From an uncultured virus (IMG/VR IMGVR_UViG_3300036761_004198) (Duplodnaviria; Heunggongvirae; Uroviricota; Caudoviricetes), in IMG/VR virus record IMGVR_UViG_3300036761_004198: a stretch of 64,000 nucleotides of DNA. One strand, written 5' to 3'. This document shows positions 57,901-64,000 of this stretch, piece after piece. The position numbers were made by a program, and so were the translations under genes. The notes under the pieces were generated by a model, which saw nothing but the letters and a program-made list of their open reading frames with translations, ran no database searches and was not told the DNA's origin. Positions within the stretch are counted from its first letter, which is position 1. Each line of letters starts with the position of its first letter.

Positions 57901-58089
57901 ATGAAGAACCTGACGGAAGCAGAACAGGAGGTCCTCAGCAGCCTGCTCTACCTCGTGACTCATCACGACGAGGTGAGCATGGCCGCCCTCTCCAACTACC
58001 GCATGCTGCGCGTTGGCAACCCTGGAATGGCCAACCCGGAAGAGTTCACCGCTGCCCTCGAAAGCCTCTACGCCAAGAGCTGCAAGTAA
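57901..58089 (+). CDS. hypothetical protein
   Basis: ATG placed by promoter geometry. Confidence 0.65.
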   Translation: MKNLTEAEQEVLSSLLYLVTHHDEVSMAALSNYRMLRVGNPGMANPEEFTAALESLYAKSCK

Positions 58090-58794
58090 GTGATGCCACT
58101 GATGGTCACCGACGCCGATTACTCGCTCGCGGCCGAGCTGGGTCTCTTCCTGGTCCGCCAGGCCGCGACCGAGCGCGATCGCGAGGCGGCGGCCGATCCG
58201 CGCGCCACCCGCGCGCCCGAGACCTGGCTCGTCAGGAGCGTGCTCACCAAGCGTCCGATCGGGAGCTTGCGCTTCACGCCCGTCGACGGCCTCTACGCCA
58301 CCAAGCTTGCCTCCGGCGTCAGCGGGATCGAGGAGACCATCGCCGACGCGCTCCGCTGGATGGCACCAATCGTCCGCCACGTTCGCACCGGCCAGTACGA
58401 CGGTACCGAGAAAGTCGTCCGCCGCTTCGGATCGATGATCGAGAGACCCCGCGCGATCACCGAGTGCGGCGCGAAGTCGACCGGCGCCGACTACAACCCG
58501 GTCGCCGCGAAGAGCGAGCTGATCAACGGTCGATCGCACGAGATGTGCCCGGCATGCCGCAAAAAGCTCGAAGAGTGCGGCGTCGCCGACCGATCGAACC
58601 TGCCCGAGCGAAGCGGAAGTGCGACCCCGCGGCAGCGCGACTACATCCGTCGCCTGCTCGACGAAGGCGCGCGAAACGGACGTCCGTATCTCGTGGAGGC
58701 GCGGACCATCGACCAGATGTCGAGCCGATCGGCATCCGCAACCATCGACGCACTCAAGGCGCTCAGGGATCGCGGCTGGAAAGGAGACCTGTGA
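58090..58794 (+). CDS. hypothetical protein with zinc finger and C-terminal ATPRQRDYI...SA.IDAL helical module
   Basis: H...CG...CPAC; DUF3072-like tail. Confidence 0.65.
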   Translation: MMPLMVTDADYSLAAELGLFLVRQAATERDREAAADPRATRAPETWLVRSVLTKRPIGSLRFTPVDGLYATKLASGVSGIEETIADALRWMAPIVRHVRTGQYDGTEKVVRRFGSMIERPRAITECGAKSTGADYNPVAAKSELINGRSHEMCPACRKKLEECGVADRSNLPERSGSATPRQRDYIRRLLDEGARNGRPYLVEARTIDQMSSRSASATIDALKALRDRGWKGDL

Positions 58795-59120
58795 GCATGG
58801 CAACCGCCGACACGACCTCGACCTCCAACACGTCCCCCAAGACAACGACGGTCGATCTCGTCATCCGCCTCCAGATCGCCGGATCTCCCGCTGAGGTCGC
58901 GCGCTACCGCGCCGCGCTTGAACATCTCGCCAGCGTCATGCTCGTGCAGGCCGAAGACGGTCTCTGGTCACTCGGCTACGAAGACGCGGAGGCGGAAGAG
59001 GGAGACCCTCCGAACGAATTCATCGCCGACTTCGAGAGCACCGTCGTACACGCCGTGCTGATCGACGGCGTCGACGAGCTGACGAAGGACCTGGTCGTGG
59101 ACCGATCGGAGGTCCCGTGA
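58791..59120 (+). CDS. hypothetical protein
   Basis: AAAGGAG RBS, GTGA overlap. Confidence 0.65.
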   Translation: MSMATADTTSTSNTSPKTTTVDLVIRLQIAGSPAEVARYRAALEHLASVMLVQAEDGLWSLGYEDAEAEEGDPPNEFIADFESTVVHAVLIDGVDELTKDLVVDRSEVP

Positions 59121-59166
59121 CCTACAAGATCATCAACGTGAAGCACCCCGACAAGGACAGCAGGCA

Positions 59167-60273
59167 GTGAGCTACGTCAAGGACCTCATGGCCGTGGCGG
59201 CGAAGTGGGTCGCGATCAACCCCGGCGGTGCGTCTGGGACGATCAAGATCCCGCGCATCTCGGTGCGCTTCCTACTGGACAAGGACTCTCAGTTCATAGA
59301 GCGCGCCTTCGCCGACAAGCTCGCACGCGTCGAACGCGATAGGGGAATGCTGCCAGAAGAGAAGAAGATCCAGATGCGCGCGGAAATCGCTGAGATGCGT
59401 GCCCATTTTGCAAGTCTGGACGCAGAGAGTGCCGAGTTCCGCATGCTCGAAGATGAGTTCGAGCAGTACGTCAACGGAGTCAACGACACGCGACAGAGCA
59501 AGTACGAGGTCGACTGCCACGGGGACGGCGGCGTCACCAACGAGCTTGCCCTCGGCCGCTGGTGCCTCGCTTGGGCCTTCGCCGGTCACAACGTCTTCGA
59601 GCTGGGCAACGACTTCGTCGCGGCGATGCTCCTCACCGATCCGCGCGAGATCCGCTTCGACGACCTGCGTCTGCCGTTCCCAGGCGTCCTCATCACGATA
59701 CCAGATCGCTTCGTGACGGGCGCGGAGGGGCGATCGTACACCAAGCTCCACCTCTCCCATGTCGACGGGAGCTGGGAGCTGTACGCCACCGACGGCGCGC
59801 ACGTCCTCGACACGAGCGTCGCGGAGGGCGAGGCCCTCAGCTGGGACCTCTTCGAGAGGATCGGAACTGTCGAGGGAGACAACGAACTCGACGATGCCGA
59901 CGCCACGGCGATTCAGTCGATTCGCCGGATCGCCTTCGGAATGCTCGCGTACGTGACCGCCGTCGACCGCGCGGTCGAGGAGCGTCCAGCGGTGGTCACG
60001 AGGAAGCGACACGGCGACGACCGCGCGCGACCGCGCGTCCACGACGTCGGGCGCTTCGTCAAGATCGATCCAACGCTCGTCAGGTATACCCGGGCCGGCG
60101 CGAGGGAGATCGCGCTCCAGATCAAGCGCCGTTTCATCGTGCGCGGGCACTACCGCAACCAGGCGCGTGGCCCGGGTCACCGCGAGCGCAAGACAATCTG
60201 GATCGAGCCGTTCTGGAAGGGTCCTGAGGAGGGGGCGAAGATCATGCACACGTACAAGCCGGAGGCCCCGTGA
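59167..60273 (+). CDS. phage hypothetical protein with VRGHxRNQxxGP...IWIxPFWKGP C-terminal motif
   Basis: long ORF; motif typical of phage proteins. Confidence 0.75.
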   Translation: MSYVKDLMAVAAKWVAINPGGASGTIKIPRISVRFLLDKDSQFIERAFADKLARVERDRGMLPEEKKIQMRAEIAEMRAHFASLDAESAEFRMLEDEFEQYVNGVNDTRQSKYEVDCHGDGGVTNELALGRWCLAWAFAGHNVFELGNDFVAAMLLTDPREIRFDDLRLPFPGVLITIPDRFVTGAEGRSYTKLHLSHVDGSWELYATDGAHVLDTSVAEGEALSWDLFERIGTVEGDNELDDADATAIQSIRRIAFGMLAYVTAVDRAVEERPAVVTRKRHGDDRARPRVHDVGRFVKIDPTLVRYTRAGAREIALQIKRRFIVRGHYRNQARGPGHRERKTIWIEPFWKGPEEGAKIMHTYKPEAP

Positions 60274-61445
60274 CGAAGCCTGTCGTGAAGAAGCTGAGTC
60301 GTCCGCAGATCGACGCGCTCCGCTACGCGAAGGGGCGGCAGCTCTACGCCGCGCGCATCAACGAAGGCAACGGCAACATGCGCCGCACGCTCCTGTGGCT
60401 GCTCAAACACGAGCTGCTTGGCTGGGACCCGATCTACCACGGGTGCGCCGTGCTCACCGCGCTGGGCGAGCAGAAGCTCACCGAGGCCCGCGAGAAGAAG
60501 CTCGCCGCCGTGCGCGGCACCATCGACGATCCTCCGAGCGCCGTGCGCATCGCGAGGCGCGAGCGCGAACTCGCGAAGGAGACCAAGCCGTGACCGCCGC
60601 CGCGATCGACAAGGACAAGGACGCACGCCACGCCGCCAGCCTCGGCAAGCTCGCCGCCGCGAAGGCCGAGGAGAAGGAGGCCCGGAGCCTGCGCCGCGAA
60701 GGGCGCGACGAGGAGGCGATCGAGTCGTACGACCACGCGCGCGACCTGTACGTCGATACCGACCTCGCGTTCCATGATCGAGGTGAGAGCGATCTCGCTG
60801 ACGAGGTGAAGCGCGCGATTGAGCGCTGCAACAAGATCAGGAGCAACATCCGCCACCCCAAGGAGACGCGCGCTCCCGCGACCACGCCGCGCCCCAACTG
60901 CCTCGGCTGCGGCAAGCCGCTCCGCCGCTTCAAGTGGGACGAGAAGGCGTTCGACGACGGCACGCCGAGGGAGTGGGGCGACTACGGCGACAACAGATTC
61001 TGTGGGCTCCGGTGCGGCTGGAACTGGGCATGCAGACGCGCGCCGATGCCGATCGAAGCTGACGTCGCACGGGACAACGCTCGCGCAACGAAGGGGAAGA
61101 AGTGATGCGGAAGCGCGCGCACGAAGATCGCCAGGCGGAGGAGATCGAGCGCCAGTCGCGCCTGTTCTGCCGCTGGTGCGGCCAGCCGGTGGACGAGCAC
61201 CGCGTGTACTTCGGCGTCGTCGGACCGTTCTGCAACGTGGCGTGCCGCGACGAGTACGCGAGGGCGCCGTGACCGCGTCGAAACTCTGCCCCAACTGCGA
61301 GACCGATCGCCATGCGCGCTGCTGCTCGTGGTGCGGCAAGGTTCACAAGCCGGAGCGTCTGCACCACGAGCACTGCTCGACGAAGTGCGAGCGCGACGCC
61401 GCTCACGCCGATCGGCTCTCGGCCGCGATGGAGGAAGAGTCGTGA
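60270..61445 (+). other. small hypothetical ORFs, several with CxxC...CxxxC fingers (60270, 60590 and two more)
   Basis: tiling; CLGC...FCGLRC, CRWC...FCNVAC, CSWC...HCSTKC. Confidence 0.6.
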
Positions 61446-61449
61446 CCCC

Positions 61450-61570
61450 GGGTACCCATTCACCCGGCTCTCGAGCGCCACGTCGGAGTGATGCCGACGA
61501 GACGGGTATGGCGCTACCCACGCTCTGTGATCGCATGCTTGCGTCCCTCGCGGGTCGGCACGAACCCCGC
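61450..61570 (+). promoter_or_regulatory. class I cassette: palindromes 61450-61465 and 61504-61519; GGCACG-AACC-CCGC 14 nt before ATG 61585
   Basis: conserved geometry. Confidence 0.85.
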
Positions 61571-61584
61571 AACAGCGTCTGGTC

Positions 61585-62061
61585 ATGAACGTCGAACTCA
61601 AGCGCTTCACGACCAACGCCCGCCTGTCCCAGGAGACCACCGCATTCGCGGCGGACGTCTGGGTCGACGGCAAGAAGGCCGGCCACGCGGAGAACGACGG
61701 CCACGGCGGCTGCACGATCGTGCACCTCGATCCGTCGATCCGCGGCGCGGTCGAAGCCCACGGCAAGACGCTCGTGCCCGCCGAGTACAAGTTCGTGAGC
61801 GGCACCGAGTGGGTCGTCGACCAACTTGTCGAGGCCGAACTCCAGAAGCGCGCCGACAAGTCGATCGCCAAGCGCATCGCCAACGCGGACGCGAAGGAGA
61901 AGGCCAAGTGCGCCCAGCAGGGCCTCCAGGCTGCGCGGCTGCGCCACGGTGACACGTGGCTCTGGTTCGCGTTCAAGGCGGGTGTCGATCCGAAGACCCT
62001 CGCGGACGCCATCGCCGCCAAGCGCAAGGCTGTCGTTGACGAGTTGGTGGTGCTGGCGTGA
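61585..62061 (+). CDS. conserved phage hypothetical protein
   Basis: LSQETTAFAADVWVDGKKAG.AENDGHGG. Confidence 0.8.
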   Translation: MNVELKRFTTNARLSQETTAFAADVWVDGKKAGHAENDGHGGCTIVHLDPSIRGAVEAHGKTLVPAEYKFVSGTEWVVDQLVEAELQKRADKSIAKRIANADAKEKAKCAQQGLQAARLRHGDTWLWFAFKAGVDPKTLADAIAAKRKAVVDELVVLA

Positions 62062-62423
62062 CCGCGTTCGTGCCCAAGCGCTTCCCGCGCACGAAGCTTC
62101 CCAGCGGCTGCGTGCTGTCGGACGCGCAGCAGTACCAGTACGACGTCCTGCGATCGGCCGGCGGCAAGCTCATCAAGGGCAGGGACGCCTGGTACCGCGA
62201 GGTGCCGTACACCGACGTGAACGAAGCCTCCGGGCTGGTGCGCGAAAAGATCTACGGCCTCAACATCACCGCGATGTGGAAACTCGTGACGTTCGGCCTC
62301 GCGGAGTGCGTGGCCGATGCGATCTCCGGCGGCTTCCTGTTCATGCTTCCCGATCTGGCCAAGGACGTCCCCGGTCCGCGCTACCAGAACGTCAACCAGC
62401 TCACGCGGGAGATCAAGGCGTGA
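62058..62423 (+). CDS. hypothetical protein
   Basis: GTGA overlap; ends QLTREIKA. Confidence 0.7.
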   Translation: MTAFVPKRFPRTKLPSGCVLSDAQQYQYDVLRSAGGKLIKGRDAWYREVPYTDVNEASGLVREKIYGLNITAMWKLVTFGLAECVADAISGGFLFMLPDLAKDVPGPRYQNVNQLTREIKA

Positions 62424-62565
62424 TCACGCCGAACGAATTCACTCCGGGCCGTGTTAGCAAGGCACCGCCGCGCGCAGATGGTCGACACATCGGCGCGGAG
62501 AGGCAAACGGTCAGGCGGGCTCCGAAGTGCCGCGTGGAAGCCCCCACTTCTTTCGCAACTCCCCC

Positions 62566-62686
62566 GGGTAGCTCATCACCCGGCTCTCGAACGCCACGCG
62601 ATCGTGACGCGCGGACACTGGGTGAGCTCGTACCCAGGCTGATCCGCCGCGGGCTTGCAGGATCGCGTGAGCGGCACGCCGCGAGC
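62566..62686 (+). promoter_or_regulatory. class I cassette: palindromes 62566-62581 and 62620-62635; GGCACG-CCGC-GAGC 14 nt before ATG 62701
   Basis: conserved geometry. Confidence 0.85.
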
Positions 62687-62700
62687 AAAGGAGGATCATC

Positions 62701-63150
62701 ATGGCCCGCTACATGACGTTCCGATTCGACGTGACCGCTCTCACCGAGCGCCAGCGTGAGATCCTCGCTGGCTCGGTGATCGCTCAGTCCGAGGCGAGCG
62801 ACTTCGACTACGAGACGAACCAGCAGCAGTGGGAGGACGCGAACTACCCCACCGTCTCGGTGCGCGAGGTCTGTCACTTCTGCGGGCAAGTCGTCGAGAA
62901 CGGCGAGTGCGGCGGCGAAGGCGAGGGCATCTGCACCGAGCTGGCGTGCGTGTCCGACTTCGCACTGCCCGGCAAGCTCTCGCCCACGTACAGCGACGAC
63001 GTCGAGGCGTACGTGCGCGACTACTGCGCCGAGCACGGGATCGAGGACTCGCTGGTGCCCTACCGCGCCGACGGGCTGACGTACTACCAGCAGCTCGCGT
63101 ACATGGTGCGCGAGCACCACGACCTCCCCCAGCTCAAGGGAGGCCACTAG
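62701..63150 (+). CDS. FDVT-module protein with zinc finger
   Basis: FRFDVTAL...QSEASD; CHFC...C. Confidence 0.75.
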   Translation: MARYMTFRFDVTALTERQREILAGSVIAQSEASDFDYETNQQQWEDANYPTVSVREVCHFCGQVVENGECGGEGEGICTELACVSDFALPGKLSPTYSDDVEAYVRDYCAEHGIEDSLVPYRADGLTYYQQLAYMVREHHDLPQLKGGH

Positions 63151-63867
63151 TGACGACGACCTACAACCTGGTGGCCCGTGCCATCAAGACCCGCGTCGAC
63201 GCGTTCTCCGATCGTCGGCTGAACGACGGCGACGACGTCTGGCGCGAGCGCGAGCTGGAGCTGCGCTGCGGAGTCGCGGCGACCGCGAACGCGATCGCCG
63301 TCGAATTCCACGCGGCGAACTCGACGTTCGACCTTGCGGGCTTCGCCGCCGCGTGTGGCCTCTACGTGTCCGACGGTCGCGACAACTACAGCGACTGCCA
63401 CCCCGGCGAGCTGACGTGGGAGCGCCCGCGCAGCCCGGAGGTTGCGTCGTGAAGCGCATGAAAGGCTATTTCGACCGCGGCGACCGCATCAACGACGCGA
63501 TCGACTCCCTCGTCTCCGTGAAGTCGAGCTTCGTCGGCGACACGCTTCAGGCACGCGCGCTGATTCTCGCGCTCTGCGACCAGACCGGTGCCTCGATCGA
63601 AGCTCAGCGCGCAGTTGCGGCCCTCCTGTACATGTCAGAAGAGGCGCTGCCGCCCGTCCTCAAGAAGAAGGAAGCGATGCGATGAGCCCCAAACGCTACT
63701 ACGTCGAAGCCGTCGACAACCTCGGCTCGCTCGATCCCGCTCCGCCGCGTGACCGCACGTGGGCCGTCGTAGATCGCGAGACCAGTCACCAGCAATCCGA
63801 TCACACCCGGCGCGCAGACGCGCGCGCCGAGGCCCACCGTCTCAACACCACACAGAAGGAACCCTGA
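63150..63867 (+). other. three small hypothetical ORFs
   Basis: tiling with GGAGG RBS and overlaps. Confidence 0.6.
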
Positions 63868-64000
63868 CCATGATCGCTCTCTTGAATGCCGTCCTCCAAT
63901 TCGCCCTGCACGTCAACGATCCGAGCTGGGCGTGCGAAGTCACGCACCGCGATCCCAACGTCGCCGGGACCTACTACCTGTACTGCTCGCAGTGGTCTCC

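Overview
High-GC, very gene-dense DNA with many ATGA/GTGA stop-start overlaps and mostly short orphan ORFs. It is best read as 64 kb of a large tailed phage or prophage genome; a myxobacterial or other sigma54-rich host is inferred, not shown. Recognisable genes: DnaJ, IF3 (infC), a truncated ComM/YifB AAA+ ATPase, three PAPS-reductase-like PP-loop proteins, a probable lysis cassette interrupted by an HNH-type gene, four (G-x-T)n collagen-like fibres plus two other fibre/adhesin proteins, a DUF616-like glycosyltransferase, and DUF488, ASCH-like, YgjP-like, GNAT-like and ART-like proteins. Three genome-wide patterns are not explained by ordinary annotation. (1) A ~15-aa peptide, K(K/T)(S/T)xxQLD(R/A)EI(A/T)xxL, is fused in frame to 20 ORFs with mostly unrelated bodies (21 copies; N-terminal, internal, C-terminal, and once as a 13-aa stand-alone ORF). 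It is a candidate portable capsid-loading or sorting tag for a library of small effectors. (2) Seven pairs of GGGT(A/G)-N6-(T/C)ACCC palindromes spaced 53-54 bp apart lie in helical phase upstream of nine sigma54-type GG-N10-GC promoter-like sites, each 13-14 nt before an ATG. (3) A second leaderless promoter class, TTTCTGGA-N19-TAnnnT-N5/6-start, heads the collagen-fibre genes. No rRNA, tRNA or CRISPR array was seen. All family calls are by eye from motifs, without database searches.
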